DNA from: Clostridia bacterium
GTDB lineage: Bacteria; Bacillota; Clostridia; Christensenellales; Aristaeellaceae
Direction of reading: 5' to 3'
NCBI GenBank assembly: GCA_017465155.1
Contig: JAFTWV010000012.1
Coordinates: 3,994 to 67,993, forward strand
Length of the DNA stretch: 64,000 bases
Under the pieces are notes generated by a model. That model was not told the origin of the DNA and searched no databases. It worked only from the letters and a program-made list of their open reading frames with translations. The position numbers and the translations under genes are program-made. Below are positions 27,916 to 36,908 of this stretch, one piece after another (position 1 is the first letter of the stretch; every line of letters starts with the position of its first letter).

Positions 27916-28161
27916 ATGAAAAGGCTCATGATTGCCCTGCTGCTCCTGATGACTCTGCTGCTGTGCACTGCCTGCGGCAACCGCGCCATGTTCGACACGA
28001 ATTACACCTTCACCCGCGCCATGATCGCCCTGCCCGACGGCACTTATATCGAAGGCCCGGTAGAAAGCTGGCGCGACTATGATGACGGCGATCAGCTGCA
28101 GGTTACCATCAACGGTGTGACCTACCTCACCCATGCCACCAACGTGGTACTGATGAACTGA
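27916..28161 (+). CDS. Small lipoprotein, hypothetical
   Basis: Lipobox MKRLMIALLLLMTLLLCTAC. AAAGGA RBS. Terminator downstream. Confidence 0.55.
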   Translation: MKRLMIALLLLMTLLLCTACGNRAMFDTNYTFTRAMIALPDGTYIEGPVESWRDYDDGDQLQVTINGVTYLTHATNVVLMN

Positions 28162-28177
28162 TTCCTGCCGCAGAAGA

Positions 28178-28209
28178 AGCCCTTCCGCACAAAGACGGAA
28201 GGGCTTTTC
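28178..28209. terminator. Bidirectional terminator
   Basis: AAGCCCTTCCG-cacaaaga-CGGAAGGGCTT, followed by TT. Confidence 0.7.
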
Positions 28210-28223
28210 GCATGCAGCCTGGA

Positions 28224-30548
28224 TCACTCCCGTTTCTCCCAGAACGCTTTCATTCTCGACTGGGGATTCCGGAGACCAGATTCCCTATTCATTTCCCAGT
28301 GCCTGGGGCATAATCTGCGATACACCCCCTGCCGGTAGCGGTCGTCCAGCAGGAGCGCTATGCCGCGGTCAGTCTCCGTGCGGATCACACGCCCCACCGC
28401 CTGCGCGACCTTCTGCATGCCCGGAAGCATGTAAGCATAGAGGAAGCCGTCGCCCAGCGTCCGGTCATAGTAAGCCCTGAGCGTCTCCTGAAAGAGATTC
28501 ACCTGCGGCAGTCCTACGCCCACGATGATGACGCCGTCCAGAGCATCGCCGGGCAGATCAATCCCCTCGGCAAACACGCCGCCCAGCACGCACAGGGACA
28601 GCACTGCTTCTCCGCCCGGCACATAGGGCGCAAGAAACGCCTCCCGCTCTGCATCCGTCATACCGCTGCGCTGCATCTGGAACGGGACGTCCAGCACCTC
28701 CGCCGTCCTCCGCATGTATGCAAAGCTCGGGAAGAACGCAATGTACCTCCCCGGCTTCGCGCTGACCATGTCGCAGATTGATGCTGCGATATCGCCGCAA
28801 GCCGCATCTCGATTCCGGTAACGGGTGTTCACATCCCGCTGAAGAAGCAGCAGATTCTCCCTCGGAAAGGGCGAGGGCATGGCAAAGCATGCATCGTCTT
28901 CCTGACCGCCAAGGAGCAGTTTCATGTCCTCCAGCGGCTCCATCGTCGCCGAGAAGCATATCACGCCCCGCCGCCTGCAAGTGACTTCCGCAAAGTAGTC
29001 GGCTACATCCAGCGCAAAGGCATGCACCGTCCGACTTTTCCGGCCCTGCCACAGCCATGCATACGCTGTTGTATCACGCTTTCTTGCCCGTACAAAGGAC
29101 AGAAGCGGAAGCAGCGTATCGCCCAGCGTTTCACCGACCTCATCCCAGTTGAAGGATTCATTCTGCGTGTTCAGAAATGCATCGGTCAGCTCCGCACAGG
29201 CCTGGTCAAGGCTTGAGGGAAGCTTCTCCAACGCACCCTCCGTCGTATCGTCATCAGGGACAGACAGATCGTCAAGAGCCTTCAGCACCTCCGTCATCGT
29301 CTTGTAGAGCGGATGCCTGCGCCCCGCCGCTTTGCCCACAACCGTTCGCAGCCTGCGGATTCTTCCGCCATCCACAAAACCCGAAAGCATGTCCCGTACC
29401 CGCGGCAGCAGATTGTGCGCCTCGTCGATGAGCAGTGTCACATTGGCCGTCATGTCAAAAATCCGCTGGATATGCACCGCCGGATCAAGGGCGTAATTGT
29501 AGTCGCAGATGGTCAGATCCGCAATCTCCGCCAGCGACAGACTGAATTCAAAGGGGCAGATACAATGCTTGTCCGCCATCGCACGAATAGCCTCGGGCGA
29601 CCATTCGTCACTCCGCAGCATCTCGTCGATGGCTGCATAATCTCGCAGGAAGTGCCCCTTCGCACGGGGGCAGTAATCCGGATGACAGAGAGTGTGAGTC
29701 GGGCACTGCTTGTCCTTCGCATCAAGAGTCAGCGTCCACAGATGCAGGGGCTGACGGCGCATGTTCCGGAGCGCTTCCTGCGCGCCCTGCCGCTGGGTGG
29801 TACGGGCCGTAAGATAATAGATCTGTCCTGTGAGTCCTTCGCCCAGCGCCTTGAGCGCCGGAAACAGTGCTGCGACAGACTTACCTGTTCCTGTCGGCAT
29901 GGATGCGAAAAGCCGCCTGCCCAGCTTGACAGCCGTATACACCTGTACCGCCATTTCCCGCTGTCCCGGACGATAGCTGCCAAAGGGGAAGGTCAGCGCC
30001 CGCAGCGACGCATCCCGCGCCCGGCGGTGCTGCCGAAGCATCCGCAGCCGACGCACATAGGGCTCAAGCACCGTCTGAAAGCGTTCACAGCATTCCTCTG
30101 CCGTCAGGTTCTGATCAAACTGACCGCGAACATGCCCCTTCTTATCCACATAAACCACGCGGACAACGACCCCTGCAAGCCCCCGATCTTCACACAGCAT
30201 GTGACCATAGCATACCGCCTGCATCTCATGGGCGGGATTCGCCGTGAGCGGTGCATCCCTGTGCTGCCACAGCTTGATCTCCTCGATGACAGGGATATCG
30301 CCGTCCAGAAACGCATCCATGCGTCCGCCCAGATGCAGCTCCAGATCCTCATCCTCCATCGGAACAATCATGGATATCGGCGTCTCCGCCTGCCAGTCCC
30401 CGTCAAGCAGTGCCTGCCTTGCCTTATGGCCCAGCATGCCGTCCTGCATATCTCTGACCTGTCCGCCAAGCCGTCGGATGTCCGTTCCGTGGAGCGTAAA
30501 TTCCACCAGTGTACGCACAGCCACCCTGATCTGCTCCACAGAACACAC
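28224..30548 (-). CDS. XPD/DinG-family Fe-S DNA helicase with an N-terminal RecB/Cas4-like PD-(D/E)XK nuclease domain
   Basis: N-terminal nuclease motifs GRMD, EEIK and QAVCY (QxxxY). Helicase motif I PTGTGKS and motif II DEAH. A Cys cluster (CPTHTLCHPDYC ... CICPFE) lies between them. Helicase_C_2-type C-terminus. Confidence 0.85.
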   Translation of the reverse strand: MCSVEQIRVAVRTLVEFTLHGTDIRRLGGQVRDMQDGMLGHKARQALLDGDWQAETPISMIVPMEDEDLELHLGGRMDAFLDGDIPVIEEIKLWQHRDAPLTANPAHEMQAVCYGHMLCEDRGLAGVVVRVVYVDKKGHVRGQFDQNLTAEECCERFQTVLEPYVRRLRMLRQHRRARDASLRALTFPFGSYRPGQREMAVQVYTAVKLGRRLFASMPTGTGKSVAALFPALKALGEGLTGQIYYLTARTTQRQGAQEALRNMRRQPLHLWTLTLDAKDKQCPTHTLCHPDYCPRAKGHFLRDYAAIDEMLRSDEWSPEAIRAMADKHCICPFEFSLSLAEIADLTICDYNYALDPAVHIQRIFDMTANVTLLIDEAHNLLPRVRDMLSGFVDGGRIRRLRTVVGKAAGRRHPLYKTMTEVLKALDDLSVPDDDTTEGALEKLPSSLDQACAELTDAFLNTQNESFNWDEVGETLGDTLLPLLSFVRARKRDTTAYAWLWQGRKSRTVHAFALDVADYFAEVTCRRRGVICFSATMEPLEDMKLLLGGQEDDACFAMPSPFPRENLLLLQRDVNTRYRNRDAACGDIAASICDMVSAKPGRYIAFFPSFAYMRRTAEVLDVPFQMQRSGMTDAEREAFLAPYVPGGEAVLSLCVLGGVFAEGIDLPGDALDGVIIVGVGLPQVNLFQETLRAYYDRTLGDGFLYAYMLPGMQKVAQAVGRVIRTETDRGIALLLDDRYRQGVYRRLCPRHWEMNRESGLRNPQSRMKAFWEKRE

Positions 30549-30619
30549 CTCCTTTACGAAAATGCGGCAGGACGCTGCCTGAACCAGGCCGCACCCTGCC
30601 GCAGATGTTGTTCCTTCGC

Positions 30620-31117
30620 TTACAGCTCCGCAGCCTGCTCCAGCGCCTCCTGATGGGTACGCAGCAGCTCGGCAAACTTCGCCTTGTATTCCTTCGCAGA
30701 CGCCTTCAGTCCTTCCACCTGCTTGGTCAGCGCATCGCGCTCCTCCTCCAGGCTGCCCAGACGCGCGGTGATCTCCGTCTGCGCGTCAGCCACAATCTGC
30801 GCTGCCTTCGCTTCCGCATCGGCGATGGTCTGCTCCTTCACACGCTGCGCCATCTCCAGAATTTCACGGAAGGTGCCTTCGGGAGCGGTCTCCGCAGGCG
30901 CTGCCGGACGGACATAACCGCTGGAAGCCTCAGCCTTGCGAGTCTCTGCCTTCGCCATCTCCAGCTGGCCCTGCAGCTCAGCCACAACGCCCTCCATGCG
31001 CTCCAGCTCGTCGCAGATGCTGTCGAGGAACTCGTCAACCTCATGCTGGTCATAGCCCTTGGCTGCAATGCGGAATTCCTTGCTCTCAATGACCTCAATG
31101 GTAATCTGCTGATCCAT
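30620..31117 (-). CDS. divIVA: DivIVA domain cell-division protein
   Basis: FRIAAKGYDQHEVDEFLDSI motif followed by a coiled coil. Confidence 0.9.
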   Translation of the reverse strand: MDQQITIEVIESKEFRIAAKGYDQHEVDEFLDSICDELERMEGVVAELQGQLEMAKAETRKAEASSGYVRPAAPAETAPEGTFREILEMAQRVKEQTIADAEAKAAQIVADAQTEITARLGSLEEERDALTKQVEGLKASAKEYKAKFAELLRTHQEALEQAAEL

Positions 31118-31188
31118 GATCTTTTACCCCTTTCGCTCTATCGTTTGATAACATCCTATTTTCAGCGCCTGAGCGCATATGAACAAAT

Positions 31189-31950
31189 TCAGCTCCGACG
31201 GAAGATTTCAAGCGTCACCGGCAGACGATCCTTGCGCGTTTTCTCGCCCACTTTGACAAGCCGGATGCGTCCAAAGCCGCGGATGCTCAGCAGCTGTCCT
31301 GCCGCGAGCACCCGGTCGGTTCTTTCTTCTGCAGCATGATCCACCGCTACATGGCCTGCGCGGATCAATTCCGCAGCCTTCGCCCGAGAAGTCTTCATGC
31401 CGCTGGACAGCACACAGTCCAGCCGTAGAGATGCGACGGTATCCCGCAGTTCATCTCCCTTTGGCATTTCAAAGACCGGCGGCTCATCCAGCAGCGTCAC
31501 CTTCAGCGGTACATTTCCTGCTTTATCCCATTCCATGGGCAGACGGGACGCCATTTCAGGCAGCGCATATAGATATGCCCTGTCCTCCAGCGCAATCAGA
31601 TCGCCGAAGAACGCGCGATCCATGCCTAGCGCCATCAGACTGCCCAGCAGATCGCGGTGATCCGCCCGGGCAAACTTTGCCGCCCAGCGAACCTCCACCC
31701 ATACGCCGGTAAACTCCGCCTCCGCCCATGCAGGGTGAAAGCAAACCTGCACGCGCTCTGCATCCGTCCAGCCGCCGTCAAAAGATACCGCCACCCGGCA
31801 TTCCCGCGCCATATGAACAGCCAGCGCCCGCTCCTCTCCCGTCACAAACCGGCCGGGGACGGGCACATCCAGCCTGTCCGCCCGCTCCGCACCCTGACGA
31901 AGCCGCAGAGCAAGCTGCGAGGCAGCCTCCTGCTTCAGCACAGCAGCCAC
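31189..31950 (-). CDS. ylmH: YlmH-like S4-domain RNA-binding protein
   Basis: C-terminal S4 motif (LRLDCVLSSGMKTSRAKAAELIRAGHV). Conserved position between yggT and divIVA. The start is uncertain: candidates are GTG codons at 32007, 31950 and 31941, and none has a clear SD. Confidence 0.7.
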   Translation of the reverse strand: MAAVLKQEAASQLALRLRQGAERADRLDVPVPGRFVTGEERALAVHMARECRVAVSFDGGWTDAERVQVCFHPAWAEAEFTGVWVEVRWAAKFARADHRDLLGSLMALGMDRAFFGDLIALEDRAYLYALPEMASRLPMEWDKAGNVPLKVTLLDEPPVFEMPKGDELRDTVASLRLDCVLSSGMKTSRAKAAELIRAGHVAVDHAAEERTDRVLAAGQLLSIRGFGRIRLVKVGEKTRKDRLPVTLEIFRRS

Positions 31951-32195
31951 TGGATCACGGTGATGATCAGATACAGTGCCACAGGGGACCAGTCGAGCTT
32001 CTGCCACTCGCGGGGCAGGTACTTCGCCAGCAGCCTGCGCACGGGCGTCAGCGCCGGTTCAATCACGCTGCGCAGAAGCTCCGTCCAGCGGTTGGCCGGA
32101 ATTCGCATCCAGGACAGCACCACATAAGCGATAATCAGCAGCTTGTAAACGTCCAGCAGGCCGCTCGCCAGACCAATCAGAAATCGAAGAATCAT
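31935..32195 (-). CDS. yggT: YggT family membrane protein
   Basis: 86 aa with two TM helices (YVVLSWM motif). Conserved ylm-cluster position. Confidence 0.85.
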   Translation of the reverse strand: MILRFLIGLASGLLDVYKLLIIAYVVLSWMRIPANRWTELLRSVIEPALTPVRRLLAKYLPREWQKLDWSPVALYLIITVIQWLLC

Positions 32196-32237
32196 AACGC
32201 TATACTCCTTTGGTATCCTGTGTTGTTTTCAGGCCTG

Positions 32238-33305
32238 TCAGCCCTTGACGCCGAATCCGCCGTAGTCAGTGTACGCACCGGGCTGCACCCTGCGTCCGGA
32301 AGCACGCTGGCCAAATCCGCCGGCGAAGTCCTCCTGACGCGCGCCGCCCATATTCTGCTGCTGGAAACCGCTGCTCTGGAAAGAACCGCGGTTCGCGCCG
32401 GGCCAGCGGCGTTCGATGTCCTCCTGTCCCATGCGGCGCAGGCTGTCAAAAGGCTGCACCTGCACCTGCGGCGGCGTGATCAGGTAAATCTGCTTGCCGG
32501 AAACACGGATGAAGTTCTGGTTCATCGCGTATGCCGCGCCGAACAGAAGATCCATGCAGCGATCGACCTCCACCACATCGGTGATCTGCTCAGCATTGAC
32601 GATCATCGCCTCGTTATTCTGCATGAATTCAATCAGCCGGTAGCACGAAGCAACGTTTGTGATCTGCGCCACACGCATCACCAGCTTGTACACGCTGCCC
32701 TCTTCCGACACATAGGAGCCAGGCATATAGAACAGGTGTCCATCCCCCTGCACAGGCTGTGCCTGACCCACAGGCTGTGCCTGACCCATAGGCTGTGCCT
32801 GACCCATAGGCTGAGCCTGCTGCATAGGCTGTACCTGATTCATCGGGCGCTGCTGCGGAGGCATCTGCTGCATGGGCTGCTGCGGATGAAACCGCATGCT
32901 GGGCTGCCATGCATTCTGCTGAGGCATCTGGGAAACAGGCTGCTGGGGATTGAAGCGGACGCTCTGCTGCCACGCGTTCTGCACAGGCTGCTGACGGCTG
33001 GTCATGCCTGCCCGGGGCGGCTGACCCTGCTGCATCTGCTGCTGCGGAATGCTGCCTGTCTGACCGCCTACCTGCTGGAACTGCTGCATCACAGACGGAT
33101 CAACACCGCCCGGCATCATATGCGTAAAGCCGTGCACCGGCTGCTCATAGCCAGTCGCCTGCTCGGGCTTCTTCTTGTTCACCTTCGGCTGATAGCCGCT
33201 GAAGCCGCCGTCGGCACGGTTGGAGATCAACTGCTGCGGCTGCTCCTCCTGCCGGGGCTTTACCATCTGCTTGAGCGACTGCGCCGCCTTATCCCAGAAC
33301 GCCAT
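32238..33305 (-). CDS. sepF: Cell division protein SepF with expanded Q/P/M-rich N-terminal region
   Basis: SepF core (VMRVAQITNVASCYRLIEFMQNNEAMIVNAEQI...RVSGKQIYLITPP) lies within a 355-aa protein. The ylm-cluster context supports the call. Confidence 0.8.
   Translation of the reverse strand: MAFWDKAAQSLKQMVKPRQEEQPQQLISNRADGGFSGYQPKVNKKKPEQATGYEQPVHGFTHMMPGGVDPSVMQQFQQVGGQTGSIPQQQMQQGQPPRAGMTSRQQPVQNAWQQSVRFNPQQPVSQMPQQNAWQPSMRFHPQQPMQQMPPQQRPMNQVQPMQQAQPMGQAQPMGQAQPVGQAQPVQGDGHLFYMPGSYVSEEGSVYKLVMRVAQITNVASCYRLIEFMQNNEAMIVNAEQITDVVEVDRCMDLLFGAAYAMNQNFIRVSGKQIYLITPPQVQVQPFDSLRRMGQEDIERRWPGANRGSFQSSGFQQQNMGGARQEDFAGGFGQRASGRRVQPGAYTDYGGFGVKG
32751..32840 (-). repeat. Five tandem 18-bp units encoding (Q-A-Q-P-M/V-G)n inside sepF
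   Basis: Units are CACAGGCTGTGCCTGACC x2 (identical), CATAGGCTGTGCCTGACC, CATAGGCTGAGCCTGCTG and CATAGGCTGTACCTGATT. They are in frame and coding. Confidence 0.85.
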
Positions 33306-33340
33306 GTATCTTCATTCCTCCCAGAATCGGTAACTCAGTT

Positions 33341-34039
33341 TCATTTTGGTCCATAATCACGTGCGCCCAGCAGCGCGCTGCCAATGCGCACCATGGTCGC
33401 GCCATGGCGGGCTGCCAGCAGATAATCGCCAGACATACCCATCGACAGCTCCTCCATACATACGCCCTGCGGTGCCTCATCGCGGAGCTGCTCAAAGAGC
33501 GTACGCATATCCGCAAACAGCCCGTCAAGATACACCTGATCAGTCGTATGAGGCATCACAGCCATCAGTCCGCGCACGGATAAGCCAGGCATACGCCGCA
33601 CCGTCTCAATAAACGGCCGCACATCCTGCGGCGCCATGCCGCCCTTCTGCTCCTCCCCTGCCGGGGAAACCTGCAGCAGCACCGGCATAACCACACCATG
33701 CTTCTGTGCCTGACGATCAATCTCCTGCGCCAGCGATAGCCGGTCAAGAGACTGAATCAGGCATACATCTTCTATTATATACTTAACTTTGTTCGTTTGC
33801 AACCGCCCGATCAGGTGAATCCGAAACTTTTCCCTGACAAAAGGGAGTTTTTCGACGATTTCCTGCACGCGGTTTTCTCCAATATCCGTCACGCCCAGCT
33901 CCTGCAGCGGCAGGATGTCCTGCGCAGGATGGGTTTTCGTCACGGCAATCACCTTCGGCGGGGCATAGAGGCCCTCGGACGCGGCAGACAGCGCCGTACG
34001 GATACCCTCAAGGCGGAGACGCAGCTGCTCCATGCTCAA
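33341..34039 (-). CDS. yggS: YggS/YlmE family PLP-binding (PLP homeostasis) protein
   Basis: VIAVTKTHP (PLP lysine) and HLIGRLQTNKVK motifs. Confidence 0.9.
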   Translation of the reverse strand: MSMEQLRLRLEGIRTALSAASEGLYAPPKVIAVTKTHPAQDILPLQELGVTDIGENRVQEIVEKLPFVREKFRIHLIGRLQTNKVKYIIEDVCLIQSLDRLSLAQEIDRQAQKHGVVMPVLLQVSPAGEEQKGGMAPQDVRPFIETVRRMPGLSVRGLMAVMPHTTDQVYLDGLFADMRTLFEQLRDEAPQGVCMEELSMGMSGDYLLAARHGATMVRIGSALLGARDYGPK

Positions 34040-34065
34040 TCATCTTCCTTGCTGCAAAATTGGGA

Positions 34066-35685
34066 TCAGAACAGGCGCACCGTCATGTTCTCAAACAGCA
34101 GTCCCTGCTGGATGGCCTGGAAATATGCATTGCCGTCCGCATAGCGGATGACGTTGACCGGAATAAAGGATTCCGTCTGTCCCTCCACCACAACCACGCC
34201 TGTCATGCCGTCCTGCACATAGATGGCACGCTCATTGACCATGAGCGTTGTCAGGCTTTCGCCCAGCACAGCTTCGCAGGTACGCATGTACAGTACAGGC
34301 TTGACGTCGCCGGTAACCTTCAGACGCACCAGCAGCTCTCCGCCCGAACGGGTGAAGCTGACCACCTCAGCCATGACCTGTGTGTTTTCAAAGCGTTCCA
34401 GCTGCAGCTCATAGACCTGACCGTTGACCGGATTCCACGATGTATCGTCGGACAGGAACAGCACATACCATTCGCCGTCCCTGACCATTCGGTAGATGGT
34501 GGTCTTGCCTTTTTGCAGCGTGGTAAGCTCCGGCTTCTGGCCGTTGATCATCGCACGTACCTCGCGGGGCTCAAAGGCTGTATAGTTCGTGCCGCTCAGG
34601 CCGTATTCGTAGCCGTCGGAGTAGAAGCTGACGATGCCGTCGCTCTTGGCGGTATACTGCTTCGTCCAGCTGTCGATGCGCTGGGACTGGGACAGCTCGT
34701 CATCATACAGTCGGGAATAGCGCTGATCGGAGGTGTACTTCTGCTTGAGATACTGCTGACGCGCCTCTACCGCTGCGCCCAACAGCTTCTCCTGGTTGGC
34801 CAGCGACCCTCTCGCGCCGCCGATGAGATCGCGAACCTCCTTGGCACGGGTCAGCACATCCGATGTAACGCGGGTCATACGGGCGTCGTAGGTTGTTTCC
34901 GACTCGATAAGATCCTTCTGATAATCGCGGATCTCCGCCCGGTAGTCCTGCAGCGTTTTCATTTCACGCGTGCTGTAGCCGGAGGAATACACCTTGCAGA
35001 TGTAATCATTTCGCACAACCGAGCTGCCTTCGTCCGCATCATACACTATGGAGGTTACGCCCTCGGCGTCATAGGGCGACTCATTGCGCACAATCAGGCT
35101 GTCACCCGAATGGGAGGCAGACAGACTGCCCAGCGCAATGGTACCATACTGGGCAGCTTCCGGAGCCAGCTGGCTGTACAGATACCATCCCATGAAGCCC
35201 AGCGCCACCAGAATGATCGCAAAATGAAACGCATTCAGGTGCAGACGGGGCCGCACAGGCTTGCGTTCCTGCGGCGGAAAGCCCGCAGGATGCTGCTCTG
35301 CCATCACCGGCTGATTGGGGTCGAACAGATGCTCATATCCCGCCTCGCCATAGGGCTGCTGCTGATAAGCAGGATAGCCCATCTGCTGCTGATAGCCGGT
35401 GTTCTGATAGGGCTGCTGATAGCCGGTCTGCTGCTGCAGCGCCTCGGCATAGCCCTGTGGAAGAGAACCCTGATAAGGCTGACCGGCCGCATACTGACCC
35501 GTCATGTCCGGATAGCCCTGCTGGGGCATACCGGCATAGCCCTGCGGCTGGCCCATGCCATTTGGCGGCATGTACCCCACAGGCGGATACATCCCTGCGT
35601 CCTGCGGCGGCATACCGCCCATCGGCATCTGACCGGCTGACTGCGGCGGATAGCCTGCGCCCGGCTGGTTGAACTGGTTATCCAT
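34066..35685 (-). CDS. Bitopic membrane protein with HlyD/membrane-fusion-like extracytoplasmic domain and P/Q/G/M/Y-rich cytoplasmic N-terminus
   Basis: About 150 aa of low complexity, then one TM helix (FAIILVALGFMGWYLY), then a coiled-coil plus beta-barrel-like region. The family assignment is tentative. Confidence 0.5.
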   Translation of the reverse strand: MDNQFNQPGAGYPPQSAGQMPMGGMPPQDAGMYPPVGYMPPNGMGQPQGYAGMPQQGYPDMTGQYAAGQPYQGSLPQGYAEALQQQTGYQQPYQNTGYQQQMGYPAYQQQPYGEAGYEHLFDPNQPVMAEQHPAGFPPQERKPVRPRLHLNAFHFAIILVALGFMGWYLYSQLAPEAAQYGTIALGSLSASHSGDSLIVRNESPYDAEGVTSIVYDADEGSSVVRNDYICKVYSSGYSTREMKTLQDYRAEIRDYQKDLIESETTYDARMTRVTSDVLTRAKEVRDLIGGARGSLANQEKLLGAAVEARQQYLKQKYTSDQRYSRLYDDELSQSQRIDSWTKQYTAKSDGIVSFYSDGYEYGLSGTNYTAFEPREVRAMINGQKPELTTLQKGKTTIYRMVRDGEWYVLFLSDDTSWNPVNGQVYELQLERFENTQVMAEVVSFTRSGGELLVRLKVTGDVKPVLYMRTCEAVLGESLTTLMVNERAIYVQDGMTGVVVVEGQTESFIPVNVIRYADGNAYFQAIQQGLLFENMTVRLF

Positions 35686-35716
35686 GAAAACTCCCCTTTG
35701 TATGGTCGGGATGGCC

Positions 35717-36466
35717 TCAGTGCAGGGTCTGCCAGCGGTCCGTCATCGTCCTGAGACGAGTGAGGAGCTTGCGCTCCATACGGCTGACCTGCATCTGACT
35801 CACACCCATAGCCTGCGCTGTGTCGCGCTGACCAAGGCGCTCGATATATCGCTTTTCCAGGAGGAGCTTTTCCTGCGGCGTGACCTGCCGGAGAATCCAC
35901 TCCATCCACTGTTTCTGTTCAATGTTTTCGTATCCGTTCTCCTGCACACCGAGACGTTCTTCCAGCCGCTGGGCGTCCTCATCGGAGCCCATGGCTGCAT
36001 CCATGGAGACCGTATCAGCAGCTCCGCGGGCATCCAGCAGGATCAGCAGCTCCTCGTGAGAGATATCCATTGCAGCAGCGATCTCCTTCAGGGACGGCTC
36101 GCGCTGCAGCTGCTGCGTCAGCTGATCGGTGGTCTTCCGCAGCTGGTACAGGCGCGTGCGGGTATCCCGGCTCACGCGGATGGTGCTGCCCCTGTCGCGC
36201 AGATAATTGCGCACCTCGCCTGCGATGGTAGGCATGGCAAAGGTCGAGAAGCGGAAGCCACGCTCCGGCTCATAGCGGTCGATCGCCTTCATCAGCGCCA
36301 TAGCCGCCACCTGCTCCAGATCCTCCAGCTCCACGCCCTGCCCGATGAAGCGCCTCGCAATGGAACGGCACAGCGGCAGATACCCCTCCACCAGCTGCGA
36401 CATCACATCCCGGTCGCGAGTCTTCGCATAGTCCGCAAGAAGCGGAACCAGGCGCGTATCGTCCAT
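35717..36466 (-). CDS. Group-3 sigma factor of the SigF/SigG/SigB type
   Basis: Region 2 FSTFAMPTIAGEVRNYLRDRGSTIRVSR and region 4 HTH QRDTAQAMGVSQMQVSRMERK. It sits in the position occupied by sigG in B. subtilis (upstream of the ylm genes). Confidence 0.85.
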   Translation of the reverse strand: MDDTRLVPLLADYAKTRDRDVMSQLVEGYLPLCRSIARRFIGQGVELEDLEQVAAMALMKAIDRYEPERGFRFSTFAMPTIAGEVRNYLRDRGSTIRVSRDTRTRLYQLRKTTDQLTQQLQREPSLKEIAAAMDISHEELLILLDARGAADTVSMDAAMGSDEDAQRLEERLGVQENGYENIEQKQWMEWILRQVTPQEKLLLEKRYIERLGQRDTAQAMGVSQMQVSRMERKLLTRLRTMTDRWQTLH

Positions 36467-36470
36467 ATCT

Positions 36471-36875
36471 TCACGCCCCCACAGCTACTGCCTTGGGCAG
36501 CGTCAGATCAATCCGCTCCACACGGCCGCACGGCGCGGTGTTCAGGGCAACCACAGGGATCAGCGTCTCCAGCACCGCGCGGGAAACCTCCGTTTCATCC
36601 GCATCAGGGCATGTGCCTTCCGTTTCACCGTCATATTCAGCCAGGAGGCTCACCGTCAGCCGGTCGCCCTCGTCGCATACATTCAGCTCCAGCCACGCAA
36701 CGCTCTGCCCCTGATGGAGCAGACAGTCGCACGCCTCATCCGCTGCATTGCGCAGATCGTCCAGCGTGCCTGCATCCAGATCCTTCAGGATCGCCACGCC
36801 GCCCAGCGCAAGACGAAGCACCAGCGCATACTCCCGCTGCCCCGGCACCCTCAGTCTGATCTCCGGCTTCACCAT
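36471..36875 (-). CDS. SpoIIAB/RsbW-like anti-sigma factor homologue with degenerate ATP-binding motifs
   Basis: Same length and N-terminal pattern as SpoIIAB. However, the N-box reads DEACDCLLH (no Asn), G1 reads DEGDR and the G2 GxG is absent. GGAGG RBS upstream of the ATG at 36875. Confidence 0.55.
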   Translation of the reverse strand: MVKPEIRLRVPGQREYALVLRLALGGVAILKDLDAGTLDDLRNAADEACDCLLHQGQSVAWLELNVCDEGDRLTVSLLAEYDGETEGTCPDADETEVSRAVLETLIPVVALNTAPCGRVERIDLTLPKAVAVGA

Positions 36876-36908
36876 GCACACACCTCCATGATAGATTGCC
36901 ACACTATA

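Noticed and set aside
32751-32840. Tandem direct repeats that could be mistaken for a CRISPR-like or minisatellite array.
   Set aside because: The units are contiguous 18-mers without spacers. They are in frame inside sepF and encode a hexapeptide repeat. No cas genes are present.
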